Assembly: GCA_902602795.1 (NCBI GenBank)
Contig: CACKSF010000002.1
Location: 1-62,059, forward strand
DNA from: an uncultured Fidelibacterota bacterium
Lineage (GTDB): Bacteria > Fidelibacterota > Marinisomatia > Marinisomatales > UBA1611
Reading direction: 5' to 3'
Length of the DNA stretch: 62,059 nt
Shown piece by piece: positions 39,526 to 48,486 of this stretch (positions are counted from its first letter, which is position 1; the number at the start of each line of letters is the position of its first letter). The position numbers and the translations under genes are program-made. Below the pieces are notes generated by a model. The model made no database searches, had not been told where the DNA came from, and saw only the letters and a list, made by a program, of their open reading frames with translations.

Positions 39526-40392
39526 TTAATCTCCTCTTTTTCCCCACCCCATTTTCACACGTAATGTTTTGAAATAATCTGTATCCTTAAAATCTATTAA
39601 AGAAACTGTATAGCCAGATTTTACAACCTCAACTTGAGATTTTGGATTAAGAATTTCATGTACCTGACCATCAGCAACAAATCGAATTGAATCAGCAGAG
39701 CCTGAAAAACTTACTGTGATTTTTGAGTGGCCAGGAACCACTAAAGGTCTTGAAGTAAGACTATGAGCTGAAGTAGGCGTTATTATCATAGAATCGACGT
39801 TAGGAGTTACAATAGGACCACCTGCAGAAAGAGAATATGCTGTAGAGCCTGTTGGGGTCGAAATAATTAATCCATCAGCTTTGTAATTCCCTACAAAATG
39901 ATCATCTACTCGAACAGATGTATTTAGCATTCGAAAAGATTCTCCATTAGCAAAAACAAAATCATTTAAAGAAACATGTTCAATAGTCTGATCATCTTTT
40001 ATAATTTTTGATTTTATCAAAGACCTATCCTCAACAAAATAATTATTTTTTGCAACTTGGTCCAACCTATAGAATAAATCTTTTAAAGTTACTTTTGCCA
40101 AAAACCCCAAATCTCCTAAATGAATACCCAATATAGGTACCGTTCTATTTTGGATAGCCCTTACTAATGATAAAAAAGTTCCATCTCCTCCAAGCACTAG
40201 CATGAAATCCATTTTATTAAAATCACTTTTTGAGTTAATTATTTCAGTATCGAATGAACCTTTTTCAAAGATTCTTTTTGTTAAAAATGGTTTTAAATTA
40301 TTTTTACTTGCCCAAGACAATATTTCTGGCAAAATCTTCCAAAAACTTTTTTTATCAGTATTACCCCAAATTCCGAATTTTTTAAAAGACAC
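39526..40392 (-). CDS. nadK: NAD kinase
   Basis: 288 aa with GGDGTFL, NDFV and STPTGSTAYSLSAGGPIV motifs. Confidence 0.93.
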   Translation of the reverse strand: MSFKKFGIWGNTDKKSFWKILPEILSWASKNNLKPFLTKRIFEKGSFDTEIINSKSDFNKMDFMLVLGGDGTFLSLVRAIQNRTVPILGIHLGDLGFLAKVTLKDLFYRLDQVAKNNYFVEDRSLIKSKIIKDDQTIEHVSLNDFVFANGESFRMLNTSVRVDDHFVGNYKADGLIISTPTGSTAYSLSAGGPIVTPNVDSMIITPTSAHSLTSRPLVVPGHSKITVSFSGSADSIRFVADGQVHEILNPKSQVEVVKSGYTVSLIDFKDTDYFKTLRVKMGWGKRGD

Positions 40393-40622
40393 TAACTAAA
40401 CTCCTTAGAAAATTTTTTTTTCTTAGAATCATCGATTAGGTGCTCAATTCTTTGCTCAGCATCTTTCAATTCATCTTGACACTCTTTTATCAAATTCATG
40501 CCTTCTTCAAATAAGACTAAACTTTTTTCAAGTGAAATCTCACCAGATTCCATCTTAGAAACAATTAACTCTATTCTTTCTAAGGATATCTCAATACTAA
40601 GTTTTTTATCATTTTTTTCCAT
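40392..40622 (-). CDS. xseB: Exodeoxyribonuclease VII small subunit
   Basis: 76 aa helical protein (LEKSLVLFEEGMNLIKECQ..L..AEQRIE). It is adjacent to xseA. Confidence 0.88.
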   Translation of the reverse strand: MEKNDKKLSIEISLERIELIVSKMESGEISLEKSLVLFEEGMNLIKECQDELKDAEQRIEHLIDDSKKKKFSKEFS

Positions 40623-40659
40623 ATTTTAAATTAATCACTCCTATATTGTAAAATGTTTT

Positions 40660-41853
40660 TTAAATTTTTCTACCTTTAAGTGAACCTTTGGCCATTTTTA
40701 AATTAAATGTATCTCCAACTTTTATCTGATCAGGAGATTTAATAATATTGCCTTTATTGTCAGTTGGAATAGAAAACCCTCTTTCCAAAACATTATCAGG
40801 TCCTAACCCAACCAACCTCTTTAATAATGATTCAAGATGGTTCTGATAATAAAAAAAGTTATGTTCATTAATATAAATTAACCTTTCGTAATACTTATCT
40901 AATAATTCTAAACTGTTTAAAATTCTTGCTTGAGGTTTTGAAACAGACATTCTCCTTTCAAGTTGATCTTTTTTCAACCAATACTTTTCTATCCTTACCC
41001 TTGTCGAATCAATAGTTTGTTTTTCTAGGCTTCTCAAGTTTTTCAATATTGCATCTTTAGATACAACTGCAATCTCTGCAGCTGCAGACGGAGTTGGAGC
41101 ACGTATATCTGATACAAAGTCTGAAATCGAAAAATCAGTTTCGTGCCCTACCGCAGAAATAATTGGAATTAGCGATTTAAATATAGCTCTTGCAACAATC
41201 TCTTCATTAAACGCAAAAAGATCTTCAATTGAACCACCCCCTCTTCCGATAATTAAAACATCTACGCAATTTTTATAATTAAATAATTCTATTGCTTCAG
41301 AAATCTGTTTAGGTGAATCATGCCCTTGTACCTTTACAGATTTTAAAATTAATTTAACTTGAGGTGCCCTTCTGCTCAAAACATTACAAATATCTTTAAT
41401 GGCAGCTCCAGATTCAGAAGTAATTATACCGATTTTTTTTGGATATAACGGCAATGGCTTTTTATATTTTTTATCAAACAAGCCTTCCCGTTCCAAAGTG
41501 TCCTTCATTTTTTCAAATGCCTTATGAAGGTCTCCAATTCCATCTTCTTCCATAATCGAAACTTTTATCTGAATGGACCCTCTCTGCTCATATAGAGTAA
41601 TATCCCCAAATAATCTAATTGACATACCATCCAGAGGAATGAATTTTAAAAATTGATTATTCGCTCGAAACATCGCGCATCTTATCTCATTCAATTCGTC
41701 TTTTAAAGTAAAATACATATGCCCAGAGCTAGGGTGATGGTGGAAATTAGACAATTCTCCTTTCACCCAAATTGAAGAAAGGTCTTTTTCTAGGGAGTAT
41801 CTTATTTTTGAGTTTAAATCAGAAACCGAAAGATATTTTCGATGTTCAGGCAT
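40660..41853 (-). CDS. xseA: Exodeoxyribonuclease VII large subunit
   Basis: 397 aa with an N-terminal OB fold (VSDLN..I....E....IWVKGELSN) and a catalytic core (IGRGGGSIEDLFAFNEE, GHETDFSISDFV-D-RAPTPSAAAE). Confidence 0.92.
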   Translation of the reverse strand: MPEHRKYLSVSDLNSKIRYSLEKDLSSIWVKGELSNFHHHPSSGHMYFTLKDELNEIRCAMFRANNQFLKFIPLDGMSIRLFGDITLYEQRGSIQIKVSIMEEDGIGDLHKAFEKMKDTLEREGLFDKKYKKPLPLYPKKIGIITSESGAAIKDICNVLSRRAPQVKLILKSVKVQGHDSPKQISEAIELFNYKNCVDVLIIGRGGGSIEDLFAFNEEIVARAIFKSLIPIISAVGHETDFSISDFVSDIRAPTPSAAAEIAVVSKDAILKNLRSLEKQTIDSTRVRIEKYWLKKDQLERRMSVSKPQARILNSLELLDKYYERLIYINEHNFFYYQNHLESLLKRLVGLGPDNVLERGFSIPTDNKGNIIKSPDQIKVGDTFNLKMAKGSLKGRKI

Positions 41854-41871
41854 AGGGAAAATTAATTTTAT

Positions 41872-41887
41872 TAGGTATTCCTACCTA
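41872..41887 (-). terminator. Weak candidate intrinsic terminator after the HU / bS22-like pair
   Basis: The minus strand reads TAGGTA-GGAA-TACCTA (6-bp stem, tetraloop) followed by an A/T-rich tail with a run of T. It lies between the micro-ORF stop (41908) and the xseA start (41853). Confidence 0.3.
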
Positions 41888-41907
41888 AAATAGTTCTCCA
41901 AAAATAT

Positions 41908-42003
41908 TTATTTATTCTTTTTCTTATGTCTATTTGCACGTAAACGCTTTTTTCGTTTATGTGTGTTCATTTTTTTCTTTTTTCTTTTTTTACCACTTGG
42001 CAT
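41908..42003 (-). CDS. 31-aa highly basic micro-protein resembling ribosomal protein bS22 (AURKAIP1/COX24-like)
   Basis: Not in the ORF track because it is under 60 aa. Manual translation of the minus strand gives ATG...TAA encoding MPSGKKRKKKKMNTHKRKKRLRANRHKKKNK. The pattern KKR-K-M..HKRKK-LR..R matches the mycobacterial bS22 sequence as I recall it. It lies 11 nt downstream of the HU gene. Confidence 0.55.
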   Translation of the reverse strand: MPSGKKRKKKKMNTHKRKKRLRANRHKKKNK

Positions 42004-42014
42004 TTATTACCTAT

Positions 42015-42305
42015 CTACTTCTTATTAATTAAATCGTTCACTCTAGAACGCATAAGTTTACTAGGTTTAAACGTTGGAACAAACCTTTCTGGTAAAAAAA
42101 CTGGTTCTCCTGTTCCTGGGTTTCTTGCTTTTTTTGGCATCCTGTGCTTAATACCAAAGGTTCCAAAACCTCTAAGCTCAACTTTTTGATTATTTGCAAG
42201 AGAATCTACAATAGTGCTCATAACTCCATTCATAATTATTTCAGTTTCAACTTTTGTTAGGCCAGTTGCATTTGAAACTATATCTACGATTTCTTGCTTT
42301 GTCAT
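42015..42305 (-). CDS. HU/IHF-family nucleoid-associated DNA-binding protein
   Basis: 96 aa with VELRGFGTF and ARNPGTGEPV (beta-arm) motifs. Confidence 0.92.
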   Translation of the reverse strand: MTKQEIVDIVSNATGLTKVETEIIMNGVMSTIVDSLANNQKVELRGFGTFGIKHRMPKKARNPGTGEPVFLPERFVPTFKPSKLMRSRVNDLINKK

Positions 42306-42346
42306 TTTTAACTCCTTGCCTATAAAATTTTAATGTTATTAATTAT

Positions 42347-43987
42347 TTACTTAACCCATATTACTAGTTTTTGACCAGCGTGAATTAAGTGTGATCCATA
42401 TTTCATATTATTCCATCTTCTTATTTTACTAGCTCTTGTACCAAAAGTTTCTGCTATCTGCCCTAAGGTATCTCCTCTTTTTACTCTATATATTTTTTTT
42501 GAATATCCTCGAGGACCTCCTTTATTTGCTGTTGCCCAAGCATTTCCACCTTTTAATGGAACGTTAAGTTTCTGTCCTACTCGTACTTTATTTCTGTTTC
42601 TTATCTTATTCACTGCTGCTAAGTCATGAATAGAAACATTATATTTTTTTGATATCGTCCATAAACTTTCACCATACCGCACTCTGTGCACAATAAATTG
42701 AGGAGCAAATCTTTCTTCTTCAGGAATAGCTTTCCACGCGGTTAAAAACTTCTGCTTTACACCTACTGGAATTTTTAAATCGTATTTACCTTCAGCTGGT
42801 GTCGCAGACTGTCTTAATTCTGGATTATACTCCCTGAGCAGCTTTGGCTTAACTCCAGCTACTCTTGCTAAAACAGCAATATCAGAACTCTTTTCTAAGG
42901 TTATTATATCATACTTATAAGGCTTAATATTTTTTGGAACTTTAAACCCATATTCGCTTGGAGACCTAGCTATTATTGCAGCTGAAAGGAAATAAGGTAT
43001 GTAATTTCTAGTTTCTCTTGGAAGAGAATGCATTTGCCAAAAATCATATGTTTGGTGAAGCTTAGAAGCACGAGCTACTCTTCCTGAACCACAATTATAA
43101 GCTGCCAACGCCAAATACCAGTTATCAAATTCTTTATATAAATCCTTCAAATACTTACATGCAGCATGGGTAGCCTTAACTGGATCACGCCTCTCATCTT
43201 TATACCAGTCTCTATTTAAACCATATGTCTTGCCAGTGGAATAGATGAATTGCCACATCCCTGAAGCATTTGCTTTGCTGTAAGCCTTAGGATTTAATCC
43301 AGATTCAATCATAGCTAAATACATCAATTCTTCAGGCATTTCATGATCTGCAAGAATTGGCAGTATTAAATCTTGATACTTTGCATATCTATCTAGCCAT
43401 ATTTGAAATTGTTTACGACCTTTAGTCTTAAAGTAATCAATAAATTGATCTACTTGTTTAGTCCTTACCAAAGGGATATGGCCATCACGATCCTCAATAA
43501 CAGTAAATTTAGTCTCTCCCATCTCAATCTCAATACCTTCTGTTATGTCAACCCAGATTTTTTCTGCCATAACAGGAGCATTTATATTTTGGACAGTGAG
43601 CAGCTTATGTGTGTAAAGATCGGTAAAAGTTCTATTGAAACGGTCAAATTCCTCTTTGTCTTCAAGACTCATTCCACCATGTCGTAAATCTTGCCCTCCA
43701 ATCTGATCAGCCTCCATTAGCAACTCAAAAATTTTACTTAACAAAAATGCAACTTCTAGGGTGTCTCTATTAAAATCAGAAATTATAACCTCAGACATTA
43801 AAAGTTTAGCATCGGTAATTATCGCTGGAAGTCTATTTTGAGTCTCATCGATAGTAATGCTTGTGTCGTTTTTAGTAGTAAATACAGAAGTATTAGGGAA
43901 CACGCTTGAAATGTTCTTTACCTCTGCTCCTAGCACTGCAAGGAAACAAAACTTAATGGTGATATATGCTCTAAGTGTATTACTCAA
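42347..43987 (-). CDS. Membrane-bound lytic murein transglycosylase (MltD-like) with C-terminal LysM repeats
   Basis: 546 aa with a signal/anchor, an SLT catalytic block (MIESGLNPKAYSKANASGMWQF, AAYNCG) and at least two LysM modules (HRVRYGESLWTISKKY, YRVKRGDTLGQIAETF). Confidence 0.85.
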   Translation of the reverse strand: MSNTLRAYITIKFCFLAVLGAEVKNISSVFPNTSVFTTKNDTSITIDETQNRLPAIITDAKLLMSEVIISDFNRDTLEVAFLLSKIFELLMEADQIGGQDLRHGGMSLEDKEEFDRFNRTFTDLYTHKLLTVQNINAPVMAEKIWVDITEGIEIEMGETKFTVIEDRDGHIPLVRTKQVDQFIDYFKTKGRKQFQIWLDRYAKYQDLILPILADHEMPEELMYLAMIESGLNPKAYSKANASGMWQFIYSTGKTYGLNRDWYKDERRDPVKATHAACKYLKDLYKEFDNWYLALAAYNCGSGRVARASKLHQTYDFWQMHSLPRETRNYIPYFLSAAIIARSPSEYGFKVPKNIKPYKYDIITLEKSSDIAVLARVAGVKPKLLREYNPELRQSATPAEGKYDLKIPVGVKQKFLTAWKAIPEEERFAPQFIVHRVRYGESLWTISKKYNVSIHDLAAVNKIRNRNKVRVGQKLNVPLKGGNAWATANKGGPRGYSKKIYRVKRGDTLGQIAETFGTRASKIRRWNNMKYGSHLIHAGQKLVIWVK

Positions 43988-44047
43988 AGGACTTATATGA
44001 AACTCCGCACTAAAGCTTAATAAAAATATTTTAAGAACACAAGATCT

Positions 44048-44458
44048 TCATTTAGCCATTTTTTGAATAATTTTTGTTGTACTAAACCCAGGAGTTAATG
44101 GAATAGTTTTTACCTTACCGCCTTTACTAAAAACAAAATTTGCTCCTACAATTTGATGAGCAACGTAATCTTCACCCTTAACTAAAACATCTGGACAAAT
44201 TAATTTTATCAATTTCAAAGGTGTCGTTTCTTCAAAGATATGCACATCATCAACAAATTCTAATTCTAATAATTTTTTTTTTCTTTCATTTTGATTATCA
44301 ATGGGCCGCTTTTCGCCTTTAATTTTTTTTACTGATTTATCTGAATTAATTCCAACTATAAGCTTATCCCCATATTTAGATGCTTTTAAAAGTAAATTAG
44401 TATGTCCTTTATGAAGCAAATCAAAGCATCCATTGGTAAAAACAATAGTTTTATTCAA
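44048..44458 (-). CDS. D-glycero-beta-D-manno-heptose-1-phosphate adenylyltransferase (RfaE domain II / HldC-like cytidylyltransferase fold)
   Basis: 136 aa with TNGCFDLLHKGH (HxGH), VLVKGEDY and STTKII. Confidence 0.8.
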   Translation of the reverse strand: MNKTIVFTNGCFDLLHKGHTNLLLKASKYGDKLIVGINSDKSVKKIKGEKRPIDNQNERKKKLLELEFVDDVHIFEETTPLKLIKLICPDVLVKGEDYVAHQIVGANFVFSKGGKVKTIPLTPGFSTTKIIQKMAK

Positions 44459-44509
44459 CTTTTTCCACTTCTCATACTTTTTATTATTTTTTAATTGATG
44501 ATTGATTTT

Positions 44510-45217
44510 TTAATCCTTATTAAGTAGGGTATTTACTTGGCTTTTAACATATTTGGCTAAATTATTTTTTGAATCATTCGAAAACATTTCAGGATTAATA
44601 GGAGAACCAATCCTTATTTCTAAGGGTTGATTCTTAAAAGACCAGGTTCCTTTTTTAAGCATTCCAAATGTCCCTATAAGACCAACTGGAACGATCGGTA
44701 TCCCAGTATCAACACTAAGCATAAGTCCGCCTCTTTTGAAAAGACCTAATTTACCATCCATAGTTCTAGTACCCTCAGGAAAAAGTAATATAGATTTTGG
44801 ATTATTTATAAGTGATACCTTAGAATTCTCTAGCGCAGAGATAGCGTTTTCACTTCTTTTTCTATCTACAAAAATATGACCAGCAGTTTTCATTACCCAA
44901 CCCAGAATAAACACAGATTTTAACTCGATTTTTGCAATAGAAATTAGCCAGTACGGAAGTCCTGCAAAGGCTAGAGGTACATCATAACCAGAAGCATGGT
45001 TGCAGGCAAAAATATAAGAACCTTTCGGATCTAAGTTTTCTAAACCTCTTACCGAATAACGAACTCCAGTAAAGAATAAAATAAATTTGCCCCAAAGTCT
45101 AGCACAATGCCCGAGAATCTTTCCTTTATTTGATTCAAACAGGGATGCAAAAATTCCAAACAGACCAAAAATAAAAGTCCAAACTGCAGCATTAAATATG
45201 ATCCAAATAAATCTCAA
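44510..45217 (-). CDS. plsC: 1-acyl-sn-glycerol-3-phosphate acyltransferase
   Basis: 235 aa with an N-terminal TM, the HX4D motif (NHASGYD) and an FPEGTR motif. Confidence 0.88.
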   Translation of the reverse strand: MRFIWIIFNAAVWTFIFGLFGIFASLFESNKGKILGHCARLWGKFILFFTGVRYSVRGLENLDPKGSYIFACNHASGYDVPLAFAGLPYWLISIAKIELKSVFILGWVMKTAGHIFVDRKRSENAISALENSKVSLINNPKSILLFPEGTRTMDGKLGLFKRGGLMLSVDTGIPIVPVGLIGTFGMLKKGTWSFKNQPLEIRIGSPINPEMFSNDSKNNLAKYVKSQVNTLLNKD

Positions 45218-46485
45218 TAATTAATCTCATTTATGCCAAGGAATTCTGCAACCTCATTTGGAAATGACACGCTTCCATCTTCTTTTTGATATGTTTCAAG
45301 CAAAGCAACCATTAAACGAGGTGTGGCAACTCCTGAACCATTTAATGTATGCAATAATTCAACCTTTTTATCTCGATTTCTTCTGTATCTGATATTGCCA
45401 CGACGAGCCTGATATGATTCAAAATTACTACAAGAAGATACTTCTAACCATTTTCCTTCTCCAGGTGCCCATATTTCCAAATCGTAACATTTTGCGGCAC
45501 TGAAACTTAAATCTCCTGCACAAAGAGAAATCACCCTATAATGTAATCCTAATTTTTTCAAAACTGACTCTGCTTGTGAAGTAAGTAATTCAAGCTCATT
45601 ATAAGAGCTCTCAGGTTTTGAAAATTTAACAAGTTCTACTTTATTGAACTGATGAACCCTTAGCAAACCTCTTGTATCCTTACCATATGAACCTGACTCT
45701 CTTCGAAAGCAAGGAGAATAAGCAACATAATATTTGGGCAAATCAGACTCTTCTAAAATATCATTGCGATGAATGTTTGTTACTGGAACCTCTGCAGTGG
45801 GAGCTAGAAATAAATTATCAACTTCAGTATGATACATATCTTCATGAAATTTTGGAAGTTGCCCTGTTGTAATCATAGAGTCTTTTAGCATAAGTACAGG
45901 CGGGAATACTTCTTTATAATTGTACTCCTTTACATGAAAATTGAGCATAGAGTTTATCAATTTCCTCTCAAGTTCTGCTCCTTTTCCAATATAAAGTGGA
46001 AACCCGCTTCCAGATAATTTTGCAGCTGTTTTAAAATCAAATAAGTTTAGCCTTTCACCTAGTTCCATATGATTTTTTGGATTGAAATTGAAATCAATCT
46101 TCTTACCCCATTTTCTAACTTCAACATTATCATTTGCTGTAAGCCCATCTGGCACGCTCTCGTGTGGGATGTTTGGTATTTGCTGCAGTGCAATTTTTAA
46201 ATTTAATTCAAAACTATTTAACTCTGTTTCTAAATCTTTTAATTTATAACCAAGCTGTCTAGTTTTCAGGATTGCTTCTGAAGCATCCTCACCTGTTTTC
46301 TTTAGCTCTCCAATGGACTCCGAAGCAACATTTCTCTGAGCCCTCATATCGTTAGCACTTGTTTTCATTGATCTTATTTTGGAGTCAATTTGAATAATAT
46401 TTTCCAAATCATATGCCTCTCCTCGTTTCATCAAAGAATCCATATACGCTTTTTTGTTTTTCCTTAATTCTTTAATTGAAATCAT
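45214..46485 (-). CDS. serS: Serine--tRNA ligase
   Basis: 423 aa with an N-terminal coiled-coil arm and class II motifs (FRRESGSYGKDTRGLLRVHQF, GSGVATPRLMVALLE). Confidence 0.96.
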   Translation of the reverse strand: MISIKELRKNKKAYMDSLMKRGEAYDLENIIQIDSKIRSMKTSANDMRAQRNVASESIGELKKTGEDASEAILKTRQLGYKLKDLETELNSFELNLKIALQQIPNIPHESVPDGLTANDNVEVRKWGKKIDFNFNPKNHMELGERLNLFDFKTAAKLSGSGFPLYIGKGAELERKLINSMLNFHVKEYNYKEVFPPVLMLKDSMITTGQLPKFHEDMYHTEVDNLFLAPTAEVPVTNIHRNDILEESDLPKYYVAYSPCFRRESGSYGKDTRGLLRVHQFNKVELVKFSKPESSYNELELLTSQAESVLKKLGLHYRVISLCAGDLSFSAAKCYDLEIWAPGEGKWLEVSSCSNFESYQARRGNIRYRRNRDKKVELLHTLNGSGVATPRLMVALLETYQKEDGSVSFPNEVAEFLGINEINY

Positions 46486-46621
46486 TATTAGAGTTCCTCT
46501 TTTAGTGCTAAAACTTATTTTATTTATACTTACATTACTAAATTAATAGATTAAGAAAATAATTGGCTTGCCCGGGCAATTATGATTAGGTTTTTTATGG
46601 CAATAAGAATAACTTAATACG

Positions 46622-46649
46622 TTGAAACTAGGAATACTATCGATATAAA
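46622..46649 (+). promoter_or_regulatory. Candidate sigma70-like promoter for the polysaccharide export operon (TTGAAA-16 nt-TATAAA)
   Basis: Found by eye in the 265-nt serS/wza divergent spacer, about 100 nt upstream of the ATG at 46751. AT-rich background makes chance matches likely. Confidence 0.25.
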
Positions 46650-46750
46650 TTGCTCCCAGCTTAACATTATAGGGTAACAAAATAAATAATATTTTCAGGA
46701 TTGAAGTATTCCTTAACTTGCTTGTCTAGTCCTGATTTTATAATCTTAAT

Positions 46751-48481
46751 ATGAAAAATCTTTTTACAAGAATTTTTATTCTTTTTTTTGGATCATTTAG
46801 CCTTTTAAGTTCTCAGACCTTAGATTTAAACAGTCTTAGAATAGCTCAAAAACAAGCTGCAAAACTTAAAAATACAAATAGAGAGATTTCAAAGTCTAAT
46901 AAGAGCAACGATCCGTTCATAATTGACGCTCCAGTTAATAGTAATAAATACCTAGTCGGCCCGGGCGATCAATTTCATCTAAATATTGTCTCAAGCAATG
47001 AAACCTTTGATTATAGCCTAACCATTTCACCGACAGGAAGCTTACTTATTCCTTCAGTTGGAGTAATTGAATGCAATGGTCTAACATTAAAAGAAGTTAT
47101 TAAAGAAATAAAAAGTACTGTAAAGAATTGGAATAAAAATATTAAGATAAATGTTGAGCTAGAAAGTATTAGGCAATTTAAAGTCCTTGTTACAGGCCAA
47201 TTTGAAAACGCAGGATATTTTAATGTTACACCCATGACTAGAGTATCAGATCTGTTTGATATGATTATTTTAGATTTTAATGATAAGAAAAAAGCTGTTT
47301 TCAAAGAAAAGATCGACAGGACTTATTCTGAATCACTTGGAATGCAGTCAATTCTTGCTGTTGATGACTTTTACACAAGAAAACTAGGACTTGAAGAAAA
47401 TTTAGAAAATGATGTTGATAGACTTTCTAAGAGAAACATTACAATTTCCAGACTCAACGAAACTCTCTTAATTGATCTAACAAAATTTAAAGTTGATGGA
47501 TCAGACAATTTAAATCCATATATATCCCAAAATGATAAAATATACATTCCTTATCAGTCTCAATTTATTTACATAGATGGTGGAGTCCAAAAACCAGGTA
47601 GATATGAGTTTAAGTCTGGAGACTTTTTGGAAGATGTTTTGGAAATCGCAGGCGGCTTAAAAGAGGGCGTTGACTTAAACAAAATAAAAGTCCTGAGAAG
47701 TTCTTCAACAAAAATTTCTTCAAAATATACAGTAGATTTCAAGACAGCAGAATCTTTTGCTATTTTCAGTAATGATCACATCATGGTTCCTTATTTAGAT
47801 AATAGCGAACCTCATTTTATGGCCAAAATTGAAGGTCAAATTAAATTCCCAGGTCGTTATCCTGTTATAGAAGGAGTTACAACCGTTAATGACATTATAT
47901 CCGAAGCCGGAGGTTTTCTACCTGATGCAGATTCAAGCAAGATTTTTATAAATAACAACAGAATTTCATCCTATCCAGATCGTGAGCTAGAAAGAATATT
48001 ACTTAAAGAAGAAATATCTAGATCAATAGAAGAAAAAGCGTATGTAAAGGCTAGAATACGAACTCAAAAAGGATCTTTAGAAATTACTGTCACTGACTAT
48101 TCTAAATCAAAACAACATATTCTAACTGCAAATGATGATATTTTAATTCCAAAATCTTTTTCTTATGTTGAGGTCATTGGCGCTGTTCTAAACCCCGGAA
48201 GGTATAAATATTCGGAAAATCTAAAACCACATGATTATATTAAATTAGCGGGGGGAACTTCACAAAATGCTAGTGGAAATAATTTTATTGTGAAATCTAT
48301 GACTGGTCAAAGATTTAAGTTGCAAAGAAATTATCCTGTTGAGACTGGAGATATCATATTCATTTCCGAAAAAATTGAATATGATGATGAACGGTTTCTT
48401 TTCAAAGAATACCTTACTTCTATTAGCCAAATAGCAGTTCTATTATATTATATCCAATTTATATACATAAGGCTGAACTAA
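46751..48481 (+). CDS. Polysaccharide export protein (Wza-like, Poly_export plus multiple SLBB domains)
   Basis: 576 aa with a signal peptide, YLVGPGDQFHLNIV (Poly_export), repeated SLBB-like G-V-KPGRY motifs (GGVQKPGRYEF, GQIKFPGRYPV, GAVLNPGRYKY) and a C-terminal hydrophobic helix. Confidence 0.85.
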   Translation: MKNLFTRIFILFFGSFSLLSSQTLDLNSLRIAQKQAAKLKNTNREISKSNKSNDPFIIDAPVNSNKYLVGPGDQFHLNIVSSNETFDYSLTISPTGSLLIPSVGVIECNGLTLKEVIKEIKSTVKNWNKNIKINVELESIRQFKVLVTGQFENAGYFNVTPMTRVSDLFDMIILDFNDKKKAVFKEKIDRTYSESLGMQSILAVDDFYTRKLGLEENLENDVDRLSKRNITISRLNETLLIDLTKFKVDGSDNLNPYISQNDKIYIPYQSQFIYIDGGVQKPGRYEFKSGDFLEDVLEIAGGLKEGVDLNKIKVLRSSSTKISSKYTVDFKTAESFAIFSNDHIMVPYLDNSEPHFMAKIEGQIKFPGRYPVIEGVTTVNDIISEAGGFLPDADSSKIFINNNRISSYPDRELERILLKEEISRSIEEKAYVKARIRTQKGSLEITVTDYSKSKQHILTANDDILIPKSFSYVEVIGAVLNPGRYKYSENLKPHDYIKLAGGTSQNASGNNFIVKSMTGQRFKLQRNYPVETGDIIFISEKIEYDDERFLFKEYLTSISQIAVLLYYIQFIYIRLN

Positions 48482-48486
48482 AATAT

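Noticed and set aside
46568-46579. GC-rich palindrome TTGCCCGGGCAA, with imperfect AT-rich extensions, in the serS/wza divergent spacer. Considered as a regulator site or hairpin.
   Set aside because: It is a single occurrence with no loop for an RNA hairpin, is not positioned after any gene end, and I could not match it to a known motif (no ops/JUMPstart GGCGGTAG nearby). It might be worth testing as a target of the HTH-Wzz protein, but it is not supportable alone.
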